A stretch of DNA of 64,000 nucleotides from Candidatus Latescibacterota bacterium (lineage in GTDB: Bacteria; Latescibacterota; UBA2968; UBA8231): positions 2,912,001 to 2,976,000 of the forward strand of contig CBDETY010000003.1 of NCBI GenBank assembly GCA_965243025.1, read 5' to 3'. The translations under genes were made by a program, and so were the position numbers. The notes beneath the pieces were generated by a model. That model was not told the origin of the DNA and ran no database searches. It was given only the letters and a program-made list of their open reading frames with translations. Numbering within the stretch: the first letter of the stretch is position 1; the number at the start of each line of letters is the position of its first letter. Below, in pieces: positions 28,557 through 37,264 of the stretch.

Positions 28557-30488
28557 CTACATGATTGTCAGAATACGGCCGTACTCCGTCGTCTGGGAGT
28601 AGATGACCGCCCACACGCCCCCCACGACGACCTCTCCCAGAATCAATCCCAGGAAGAACGGTTTCAGCAGCCGAAACAGCTTGCTTCCGCCAACGTGAAG
28701 GATAATCGCCTTCAGCAGCCAGGAGACCAGGGCGGAGAACCAGATCGACTGCACCAGCCACCCCACGGAGATCGCCAGGCCGATGGGGTGCAGCGGCCAC
28801 CAGTGCCACCGGTGTTGCGCCCACATCAGGAACCACTCGACCGCTCCACCGATCCCTTTGAAGAGCCATCCCCTCATGTTTGCCTCTGGCTGAGTCTCGA
28901 TCGTCGTCCCTATGTGGGGCCACCCGTGAGCCCCTGCCCAATGCAGCGAACCCAGGTTTATGGCCCCATGGCTGTAGGCCATGTTGAGTGTCGTCAGCAG
29001 CGATGCTGCGAGACTGGCGACGAGGGCGATCATCAAGCCCCAGAACAGACGCCTTTTGCTCCCCCGGATGCCTTCGGCCAGCTTGAGCCCGTTGGAGGCG
29101 GCCACCATTGGGGAAGTGCGCGACTCTCCCTGCCAGATGAAGGTGAAGATCAACGCCACTAGCCCCTTGGCTCCCAGCATCGACGTCCCGAACCCGGATA
29201 TGATGAAATAGGCCGGCACGATCGGGCTTCGCGCCGTCGGCACCCCGGCAGCGGCCACGACCCGGGCGACGAGAGCGAAGAACAGGAGGCTGACGATGAC
29301 GATTATGGGGACGAAAACCGCCGGTATGCCCGAGCGCCACAGCCATACGCAAACGATGACGAAGCTGGCGAGAAAGCCCAGAACAGCGGTGCGGTAGCGC
29401 AACAGTTCCTCGCTGTCGTCAACCACCCTCGACGGATTCCACGCCGTCTTCAGCACGTCCCCGATGTGAGCGCGGGCGATCCACAGTCCGAACAGGACGA
29501 AGACGATGACGGCGCCTGTCTGCTGATGGGTCAGGTCCGGGGCAATCGTCGGGGATGACTCATAGGTGCTCATGCGTTCGGTGCTGCCGATGCCAAGCAT
29601 GTTGAAGGTGCCCTCCTCCACCCGGCACAGCACATAGAAGAACCAGACGCTGAAGGTCAGATCCAGGCTGGCGAGGTAGAAGAAGCCGATGTAGGCGAAG
29701 TTCACCACCATGTTCAGCGTAACGGTGTTGCGAAAAAGATCGATACTCCCGCGCAGGCTCGGATCCGGAAGGAAGGGGAAGAAGAAGTTGAGCCCCTTCA
29801 TGCTCAGGAACAGGAAGGGCACGGCGAATCCCAGCCACATGATCTTGTTCCTGAACAGCGGCGCGATCCGCGACCTCGTGGTCGGGTCGCCCTCGAGCAT
29901 GGCCTGCGGCAGCTGCATCATCGGATAGGCCAGCCGCTCGTGCACCGACCACTGCCGGTGGAGGATGGAGCTCATGCAGATGAGCATGAAGCCCATGGCA
30001 ACGATGAGGCCGAGCCAGTACCCCATCGGCTCGACCCACGTCTCCCAGGGAATCGAGGCGCCCTTCGGCAGGCCCTCGTAGTACTCCTTGACGGCCTGGT
30101 GGTCCTGCGGCACCATCCACGAGGGAATGTGATCGTGGAGCTGCTCGGCGAATCGGTTTTCGGGAGTGGCGTAGTAGAACGGATAGACGGTCGTGCCGAT
30201 CAGAAAGAACATCAGGCCCCACGTCGGGACGGTGACCGACATGAGAAGCATGCAGTAGATGAGCACCAGGTCGGGCTTCGACAGCTGGAAGCGGTGGCCG
30301 ATGTAACCGACGACGATGTTGACGAGGAGGAGACAGGAAAAAAACAGGATGGCTCCCGGCGACGAGGGGTTGAACCCGATCGCGTGATACCGGAACAGGG
30401 TGACGAAGGGGGCGGCGACGCCGATGGCCAGGCAGAGCGCCGTGCCGATAGTGAGCCCTTTCAAGCTGAAGGAGGAGTCTCTCACCAT
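28557..30488 (-). CDS. DUF6785/DUF6784-type polytopic membrane protein (putative transporter)
   Basis: Many TM helices with QWxxxERLxYP, WWPLHPIG and PFFLGLILGE motifs. RBS GAGGAG upstream. Confidence 0.75.
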   Translation of the reverse strand: MVRDSSFSLKGLTIGTALCLAIGVAAPFVTLFRYHAIGFNPSSPGAILFFSCLLLVNIVVGYIGHRFQLSKPDLVLIYCMLLMSVTVPTWGLMFFLIGTTVYPFYYATPENRFAEQLHDHIPSWMVPQDHQAVKEYYEGLPKGASIPWETWVEPMGYWLGLIVAMGFMLICMSSILHRQWSVHERLAYPMMQLPQAMLEGDPTTRSRIAPLFRNKIMWLGFAVPFLFLSMKGLNFFFPFLPDPSLRGSIDLFRNTVTLNMVVNFAYIGFFYLASLDLTFSVWFFYVLCRVEEGTFNMLGIGSTERMSTYESSPTIAPDLTHQQTGAVIVFVLFGLWIARAHIGDVLKTAWNPSRVVDDSEELLRYRTAVLGFLASFVIVCVWLWRSGIPAVFVPIIVIVSLLFFALVARVVAAAGVPTARSPIVPAYFIISGFGTSMLGAKGLVALIFTFIWQGESRTSPMVAASNGLKLAEGIRGSKRRLFWGLMIALVASLAASLLTTLNMAYSHGAINLGSLHWAGAHGWPHIGTTIETQPEANMRGWLFKGIGGAVEWFLMWAQHRWHWWPLHPIGLAISVGWLVQSIWFSALVSWLLKAIILHVGGSKLFRLLKPFFLGLILGEVVVGGVWAVIYSQTTEYGRILTIM

Positions 30489-30763
30489 CCTGGCATCTCC
30501 TCACACGACCAAACCTGCCACTCGTAACACCTCGTCGAGGATGGATCCATCCTCAGCCTGTCCGCGATGGAGCGCGGCCAGTGTCCGCGATGTCGAATTT
30601 CCGGAAATCAACCCAAGTTCCTCCAAGGCGTCGCCGTCTCCCATGGGGACCGGAACCTTGGAGTTCGCCACGTCCAGTGCACCATGGTCTTTCCGGGACG
30701 AAGCGGAGATACTGCTGTGTTGTCAGGAAGGTGCGCCCGTGGGAACGGACCGTTTGACGTTCG

Positions 30764-32788
30764 TCAATACGCCAGGGAGACAACGCGACTGGCAGTGAAG
30801 GTGTCGTCGTCGGTTTCCACGTCCAATCGCAGCAGATAAATGCCGGGGGGCAGCAGTCTCTGGTGGTCGTCCATTCCGTCCCAGGTTACTGAATGGGGTC
30901 CGCTGGCGCGGTCTTCCAGGAGCAGTTCGGCGCGACGCGTTCCCGCCAGATCGAACACCTTCAATCTCACCGGCACGGCCGTCGACAGGTTCACCAGGTC
31001 GAAGCGGACGTCGAGGCGGTCGTTGACGCCGTCGCCGTTTGGGGTGAACCCCGCCGCGGAGACTTCGATCGCCTCCAGTACTTCCTGACCAACGTCGGTC
31101 AGCTCGACGGTGAGGGAGTTGTTGTCGGAAAGGAAAGCGGCGTCGCCGGGCTCCAGGGCCTGAGCCACTTCCCAGGGCCGGGTGCTGTCGTATACCTGGC
31201 CATCGAACATCGTGCCGAAGTCGAAGATGGCTGCGTGGAAGACAATTTCCACGAGTTCCCCGGTCTGGCGGTCATCCATTCGCGGCAGACTCACCTCAAA
31301 ACGGCTGGAGTCGATGGTTGTCTGCCACTGCGACGGCTCGAGTGAGACGCCGGCGACGGAGACCGACTCGACCCTGTCGATGCGCGAAGGCGTGGCAACC
31401 CGAATGCGGTCGAAACCCAGATCCCCCACACTGATTTCCGGCCGCAGGAACAGGGTGAAACGAGTCGCCTTCCTGGCCTGCACCCGTGGCGGCTCGATCT
31501 CGGCTGTGGCGCGAGTCAACACCGGAGGTTGGGTGACCGGGAACTGGAGGTGATCGAGGCGGCCTCCGGAAAGGAATTCGGCTCTGAACTGCACGTACCG
31601 GCGAGGCCGGGAGGTACCGAGGTCAGCCGTCTGAGCGCTGAATCCCAGCGGCGAGCTCCAAGCTGACCAGTTGTCGAGATCCGGGGCGATTCCCCCCTGC
31701 TCACCGGACTCCAGCTTGAGGTACGAAGCGCGGTCAAGGGGGGTTCCCTCGCTGTTGTAACGGCTCCGCTCGGACCCCCTGAACGTTTTGCGATAGTAGA
31801 TGTTGGGATCGGGAGTGTCGCCGCTGCGCATCCTCAGATCAACACGGGCGCCCCGGTGGAGCCTCCCCGACCAGGTGAGCGGGCCGAGGGTAGCGGGTTC
31901 CTCCAGATCGATCACAGTCGAGGCGTAGTTTGAACTCACGGCGAAGCCTCCGCCATACACCTCGAACTCCGCGATCCACCAGTTCCCGATCTCTGCGATG
32001 AAGATGATGTTCTGGACCGGTTCACCGGAAAACTGGAACTCGAGCACGGGGCTCTTGTTGTCCAGAACTTCCGTGACGACGTCGAAGTCCAGGACGCGAA
32101 CCCCCTTCCCGGGACCGGTGTGCAGCTTGTGCCATATCTCCCTCTCCCGGAAGCCGATCTTCAGGGGATCTCCGTCGTTGATCCCCACGGTGTAAGTGGG
32201 GATAAATCGGTCGTCTTCGGTGCCCGGCGGCGGAAACACGCGGATCGAGTGGAGGGGAAAAACACCTGGAAGGGTCACCCAGATGTGTTTGCACCTTCCA
32301 ATCAGATCGGTATCAGTCCTTACTGATTCAGTATCCGCATCCCCGCAGTAAGGCGCCCCCTGAGAGCCGACATAAGGAAACTGACCGACGTAGTAGGTTT
32401 CAGAATCACCGTCCCACATCGTCTCCATGGCATCTTCCTGCTGGAATCCGTTGTATCCCGCCCATCCTTTTATCAGGCCACCTGCGGCCTTGACCTGCGG
32501 CGTGAGGTTCAACGTGTTGGGCAGGAATTGGGGGCGTATGGAATCGGGGTGGATTTCGACGAGGTCGGAGCCGCCCAAGGGCAGCTCGTCCAGCTCATCC
32601 CAGGAGAGCTGAATAAACTGCATGGAGTCAGCAGGGGCGCCCACAGAGTCGGTATCCGGCGGAAGAAGGCTCTCTCCGCCGATCCGGTAGATGGTCAGGG
32701 CCGAACTCTGCGACAGGCCCATCAAGGCGGTTGTGCAGCAGCAGAGAAAAACCAGTCTGGTCGACCTCGAACTCAAAGCGACTCCCAT
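30764..32788 (-). CDS. secreted FTPNGDG/FlgD-Ig C-terminal domain protein, family A (copy A3)
   Basis: Start set at ATG 32788 after CAGGAG. Signal peptide, LTIYRIGG, a discoidin-like region, WSxWSSP and FTPNGDGVND...WDG...PGIY...VVSLAY. Paralog of 43111 and 45136. Confidence 0.85.
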   Translation of the reverse strand: MGVALSSRSTRLVFLCCCTTALMGLSQSSALTIYRIGGESLLPPDTDSVGAPADSMQFIQLSWDELDELPLGGSDLVEIHPDSIRPQFLPNTLNLTPQVKAAGGLIKGWAGYNGFQQEDAMETMWDGDSETYYVGQFPYVGSQGAPYCGDADTESVRTDTDLIGRCKHIWVTLPGVFPLHSIRVFPPPGTEDDRFIPTYTVGINDGDPLKIGFREREIWHKLHTGPGKGVRVLDFDVVTEVLDNKSPVLEFQFSGEPVQNIIFIAEIGNWWIAEFEVYGGGFAVSSNYASTVIDLEEPATLGPLTWSGRLHRGARVDLRMRSGDTPDPNIYYRKTFRGSERSRYNSEGTPLDRASYLKLESGEQGGIAPDLDNWSAWSSPLGFSAQTADLGTSRPRRYVQFRAEFLSGGRLDHLQFPVTQPPVLTRATAEIEPPRVQARKATRFTLFLRPEISVGDLGFDRIRVATPSRIDRVESVSVAGVSLEPSQWQTTIDSSRFEVSLPRMDDRQTGELVEIVFHAAIFDFGTMFDGQVYDSTRPWEVAQALEPGDAAFLSDNNSLTVELTDVGQEVLEAIEVSAAGFTPNGDGVNDRLDVRFDLVNLSTAVPVRLKVFDLAGTRRAELLLEDRASGPHSVTWDGMDDHQRLLPPGIYLLRLDVETDDDTFTASRVVSLAY

Positions 32789-32894
32789 CACGGTCTCCTG
32801 GTGTCGTGCCGCGGGACCAGCTTGCCAAAGTCGGGGCGGCAAACCTGGGCGCATCGCGTCCGATTTGGAATAGGATACATCCGACGCGACGCAA

Positions 32895-35567
32895 TCAGTA
32901 GGCGACGGCGACGGTTCGAATGACCTCGCGCCCGTCGAGGCCGGCCCCCGCCTCGTCCGCCTCCACCTGAAAGCGCAGGGCATACACCCCCGGGGGCACC
33001 CGCACCCCGCCGGCGTCGGCTCCGTCCCACCTCATCTCGTAGGTGCCCGCGCTCACCTCTTCCCGCTGGCGCAGGGTGCGCACCAACCGGCCGCTCAGGT
33101 CGAAGACGCTGACCGCCACCGCACGACTGGCCCCCACCAGCACCACCGCGAAGCGGAACACCGCCTCGTCGTTGACCCCGTCCCCGTTCGGCGTGAACGC
33201 AGCGGGAAGCTCGAACGCCGTCATCAGCTGCCGGCGCTCCTGCACCCCCACCACCAGCAGGCGGTTGCTGTCGACCCCCTCGACGGCATTGCCCCCGTCC
33301 ACCTGCTGCCAGACCGTCTCCCCCTCGCCGGAAAACCGGGCAAACGCCTGCACCTGCCCGCCAATCGAATACAACCGCCCCGTGAAGTCGAGGCGAAGCA
33401 CTTCCAGGTCGGCGTCCGGCTCGATGAGGGGAAAGGAAACCAGCAGACTGTCCCCGGCCGGCCCGAGCTGGACGGCGTCGGTCAGGACAAAGGAGGACGG
33501 ATCGCCGGCCGCTGTCAGCTCCTGCTCCGGTCCGGCCAGCAGGCGGGTGAAGCCCTCCAGGCTGAGGCCGTCCGGAGCGGTCAGCAGGAGCCCGTCGAAC
33601 CCGGGGTTGGCGCGCCCGAAGTCGGGACGCACGTACAGGGAAAACGGCCGCTCGACGGCCAGGGACTCGACCCGAGCCGGAGTCACCTCCCCCAGAAAGC
33701 GCTGCGCCAGCGGCTCGGCGTACTTCAGGCGCACGCTGCGCAGGGTGGCGGCCGCCTCGGGGCTGTCCGAGACCAGGGTGGCGCGCATCTGCACGAAGTT
33801 GCGCGGCGACGGCGAGGTGATGCGGCTGCCCGACACCGGATACGGCTCGCTCCAGGCGCTGGCGTCGCTGCCCATGACTTCCTCGATGACGATGTCCCCT
33901 CTGAGAGTGTTGGGGGGAAGCTCGACCTTCGGGTTGGGCTCCTTGAGCTTGTCGTACCTCTCCGCCGTCACCTCCTCGCCGAGGCCGTTGAAATAATGGT
34001 TGACCTCCGACTTCGTGCTGCTGGTGCGGGTCTGCAGTAAGACGCGGGTTCCGGGCGGGGTGTCGGCGTCCCACTCGATGGCGGTCAGCGTGCGCGTGCC
34101 GCGCAGGTCGATGAGGGGGGACTCGAGGCTCACCCGCGGTTGATACCCCTCCCCGAACATGCGCAGCTCCGTGAGCGGATACGCTTGGGCCCTTGAAACC
34201 ACCCACTCGTCGTCGTTTACGTACAGGAGCCGGAAGAAGCGAGCCCGTACGGGGGCGAAGGAATGGCGCTCGGACTGCACCCCTGATCGGTGGATTTCGC
34301 TCAGAACACGGGCGACGACAGGCACCGTTCTGATGGGCTGCTGGATGCGTTTGGCCGTGACCCATTCGAGGCTGCCGTCGACTCTCCGGGAGCCGTCGGA
34401 GAAATCGAGCTGGAAATCCCCGAAGGTGAAATTCTGGCCGCCTCCCCTGAGATTGTTGACCATCTGCAGATTGCTGATCCAGAAAAAGGACCCCAGGTCT
34501 GCGATCAATTCCCGTTCAGCCCTGTAAGGTTTGACCAGAAACGAGCTGGAGATGTCGCCGTCGAACATATCCCCCGGATTTGAAGTGGACGGCGGCTGAG
34601 TGGTAATACTGCCGCCCCTGTCGAGGAGACGGCGCGCAAGGTCCTCCCCTTCCTCCCAGATCTCGAGCTCGGCCAGACGAGGCCGTTCGCGGCGGTAATA
34701 GCGGATCGGGCCCTTCCGATCCTCCGGCAGGCGGCGGTAGTTTTCTTCCGGCACGACCAGCAGCTGGCCATCACCCAGGCGCTTCACGTAATCCACCGCG
34801 CCACGGTCTTCATCGGGCAACTCTTCGTACGTGGCGGCGTCGATCTCCTCGGCGCGGCCAAGGCGCGAGCCGCGCACCACCAGCTGCAGGTAACGGGCGA
34901 CGTTCTTGCGGGCATCGGCGGGCGCGTCCGAAAGGTCGATCTCGAACAGACGCTGGGTGGTGTTGGGCGTCAACAGCTGCAGGACGGGCAGGTATTCGAG
35001 GGATTCCCCGGCGACGGCCGAGTTCGGTTTCTGCCCGTCCGAGGTCAGCACGTCGAACAGGTAAAGGGGATCCCCTCCCACATCCTCGTCGACGAAGCGC
35101 AGCGCAATCCGGTTGAGCACGACCAGACGGCCCAGATCGAGGGTGAACCACCACTGAGTGGCGAGTTCGGCCCCCTTTGGAAGGAGGGCTGGCTCCCAGT
35201 AGGTGGAAGGATCCCCATCCAGGATGGAAGGCAGACCCTCGCGATTCGAATCCCCGTCGACTGCGTCGAGCAGAGTAATCTCCTCCGGGGCCTTGTCGGC
35301 GAGGTGATCGGGCGGCTGTTCGCGGAGGAAGTCGACAATGCTGTCCACCGCGTTCGTCTCCAGGGTCCAGCGCCGGGGTCCTATGCCGACCGCGTCGATC
35401 TCGAGGGTACCAACCGGAAACAGCCAGTCTGCCCAGTGCTCCCGCGTATCGGCGACGATCTGGCGCCCGGAGCGGTCGAGGCGATACCCGGCCTGCCCCC
35501 AGAGCTCGGAGCCGGTGAGTACCAGTACGGCCGCAAGGGCGATCACTGGGTTCGAATTCCTCTGCAT
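32895..35567 (-). CDS. secreted FTPNGDG/FlgD-Ig C-terminal domain protein with two discoidin-like domains, family B (copy B1)
   Basis: Signal MQRNSNPVIALAAVLVLTG, WFTLDLGR and DLGSFFWI discoidin-like motifs, FTPNGDGVND and terminal TVAVAY. Paralog of 47115. Confidence 0.85.
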   Translation of the reverse strand: MQRNSNPVIALAAVLVLTGSELWGQAGYRLDRSGRQIVADTREHWADWLFPVGTLEIDAVGIGPRRWTLETNAVDSIVDFLREQPPDHLADKAPEEITLLDAVDGDSNREGLPSILDGDPSTYWEPALLPKGAELATQWWFTLDLGRLVVLNRIALRFVDEDVGGDPLYLFDVLTSDGQKPNSAVAGESLEYLPVLQLLTPNTTQRLFEIDLSDAPADARKNVARYLQLVVRGSRLGRAEEIDAATYEELPDEDRGAVDYVKRLGDGQLLVVPEENYRRLPEDRKGPIRYYRRERPRLAELEIWEEGEDLARRLLDRGGSITTQPPSTSNPGDMFDGDISSSFLVKPYRAERELIADLGSFFWISNLQMVNNLRGGGQNFTFGDFQLDFSDGSRRVDGSLEWVTAKRIQQPIRTVPVVARVLSEIHRSGVQSERHSFAPVRARFFRLLYVNDDEWVVSRAQAYPLTELRMFGEGYQPRVSLESPLIDLRGTRTLTAIEWDADTPPGTRVLLQTRTSSTKSEVNHYFNGLGEEVTAERYDKLKEPNPKVELPPNTLRGDIVIEEVMGSDASAWSEPYPVSGSRITSPSPRNFVQMRATLVSDSPEAAATLRSVRLKYAEPLAQRFLGEVTPARVESLAVERPFSLYVRPDFGRANPGFDGLLLTAPDGLSLEGFTRLLAGPEQELTAAGDPSSFVLTDAVQLGPAGDSLLVSFPLIEPDADLEVLRLDFTGRLYSIGGQVQAFARFSGEGETVWQQVDGGNAVEGVDSNRLLVVGVQERRQLMTAFELPAAFTPNGDGVNDEAVFRFAVVLVGASRAVAVSVFDLSGRLVRTLRQREEVSAGTYEMRWDGADAGGVRVPPGVYALRFQVEADEAGAGLDGREVIRTVAVAY
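32897..34165. repeat. inverted repeat, left copy (partner 48544-49812)
   Basis: The reverse complement aligns with 48544-49812 with no net length difference (both ends give coordinate sum 82709). 32897-33803 looks identical by eye; most mismatches cluster at about 33870-34010. Confidence 0.92.
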
Positions 35568-35887
35568 AGTCGCCAAGGAGCCAGCAATGCGACCCGGATG
35601 CCCGTGAAGCGATCGCGGGTGTCCACGTCGCGTCACAGCAGGTTCGTCATCCCGCTTCGACCAGAGGTGGGTCGGGATACTTCCGGGATGGCTTGTCGAG
35701 GTATAAACAGGAATTTACAGCGCTGAAGGGCCCGTCTGCAATCAAAAATCGCCCCGATGGATGCAGGGTTCTCAACCAGGTCCCGTGCACTGATTGGAGA
35801 TTGACTTTCTCGTCGTGGGTGGGGGAGTTGCAAGGGAATGGGGTCCAAGGTTGGCAATGCGGCTTGGAGGCGAGCAAGAGCGCGCTC

Positions 35888-35924
35888 AAAAAAAGAGGGG
35901 GTGGATCCGACCGGATCCACCCCC
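35888..35924 (-). terminator. Rho-independent terminator downstream of 35954-36877
   Basis: On the minus strand, a 12-bp stem GGGGGTGGATCC-GGTC-GGATCCACCCCC is followed by TCTTTTTTT, 30 nt after the stop codon. Confidence 0.9.
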
Positions 35925-35953
35925 AGACTCGAGATTGCAGACTGACCAGGTGC

Positions 35954-36877
35954 TTACCTCTGCATCGACGCCTTGATTACCCCCCAGCTCCCAGCCTTCA
36001 CAGCCGTATCTTCGTCTATCGGCATGACCAGGAAATCGGTGAAGAAGTCGGCGTCGCCGAAGTCTTCGGTAAAGGTCCCCAAGTTCCAACGCGAACAGCA
36101 TTCTGTGCCCTCTGCCCCACAATCGCAGTCGGCATAAGTGTCGTAGACACAGGTGGCAATCCCGACGATCTGACCTTCTTCGATGTCGTGGATGTTGTCG
36201 AAGCTGTAGTCGGGATCGTCCCACTTGAAGTCGTTGAAGCCCGGCAGGTAAAACTCGGCGACCAAGGTAAACTCCTCTTGGGAAAGGGGCTCCCCGGTGT
36301 AGCTGTAGGAGGCATCCATGAAGCGGGGATCCTCATACCAGTCGGCTGCCGTCTGCCAATTCCATGCCCAGTCGCCCGGCCCTTGCTGGGCACCGTCAGA
36401 GAAGAACAGGTGGTAGGGCTGGGCCCCACGGGACTTGGCGCGCTTCTGCTCCTCCTCTGTCTGACCCTCTTCGAACCAGAAGGAGCCCGCGCTGTGGTCG
36501 GCGTCGATCTTCGGTTCGAGGTCGGACCAGCCTGTCCATGAATCATCGAACCGTTCGTATGCCCAGTAGAACCGATCGTCCGCCGCATTGGCGGTTGGGA
36601 CAAAGCGGAACGACAGGCGCGCGGGGTCGACTCCCGTGGTAACGGGAGAGTTGCCCGGCTCGGTCTGGTACAGCGTACCCTCCTCAACACTGTCGTTGTC
36701 GAACCAGTACTCCTCGGGCACCACGTCCCACTCGGACAGGTTGGTGTCCAGGATCGGCATCCCCTCCGGCCACTGCCACAGGAAATGCAGCACACCCTCC
36801 GGTTCGTGCGCGTCGGGTGCGTCGGCGCTTGCGAACAGCAAGCACCCAACCGCGAAGGTTGTTGCGAGCTTTTTCAC
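35954..36877 (-). CDS. secreted acidic hypothetical protein with C-terminal TAVxxxSWGxIK motif
   Basis: GTG start after GGGGGAG, signal (M)KKLATTFAVGCLLFASADA, LDxxLSEW motif (CBM9/DOMON-like, tentative) and C-terminal DTAVKAGSWGVIKASMQR. Confidence 0.82.
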   Translation of the reverse strand: MKKLATTFAVGCLLFASADAPDAHEPEGVLHFLWQWPEGMPILDTNLSEWDVVPEEYWFDNDSVEEGTLYQTEPGNSPVTTGVDPARLSFRFVPTANAADDRFYWAYERFDDSWTGWSDLEPKIDADHSAGSFWFEEGQTEEEQKRAKSRGAQPYHLFFSDGAQQGPGDWAWNWQTAADWYEDPRFMDASYSYTGEPLSQEEFTLVAEFYLPGFNDFKWDDPDYSFDNIHDIEEGQIVGIATCVYDTYADCDCGAEGTECCSRWNLGTFTEDFGDADFFTDFLVMPIDEDTAVKAGSWGVIKASMQR

Positions 36878-37264
36878 GACTCCCCCCTTCTTTGGATTAA
36901 GGAAAGTATCCATGATGGATGGCAATGGAGAACCTTCTCCGGAACTGCCCGAATGTTCACATGGACGGGTCCAGTGGGTTTTTTTCGAAAAGACGCTACT
37001 TCATTTGATACGGTAGCCAATTCGCCAAGCGGGCACAAGCTTTTTTTCGATGGTCTCCCCCTCCTCCCTATTCCGTCTCCGGCTTTGGTTGCCCCCACGT
37101 GCGTGTCAGGGGGTTTGGGCAATTTCCCAAACGCGCGCACGGATTTCCGCGGACACCCTATTCCCGGAACTTTGGTTTGGCTATATTGCCGGATCCAAGG
37201 GCAGCAAGCCTGCTGGTCGCACACAGCCAAGCGCCGGAAACCCTGCTGTCAAGCCACGTTCGCG

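Noticed and set aside
33870-34010. Diversity-generating retroelement TR/VR pair in the mismatch cluster of the inverted repeat
   Set aside because: Mismatches include C/G and C/T changes and are not adenine-specific, both copies are coding, and no reverse transcriptase is in the window.
35646-35692. GTCATCCCG...CGGGATGGC palindrome resembling a REP-like element upstream of B1
   Set aside because: Single imperfect copy in the window, so there is no support for a repeat family or regulatory role.
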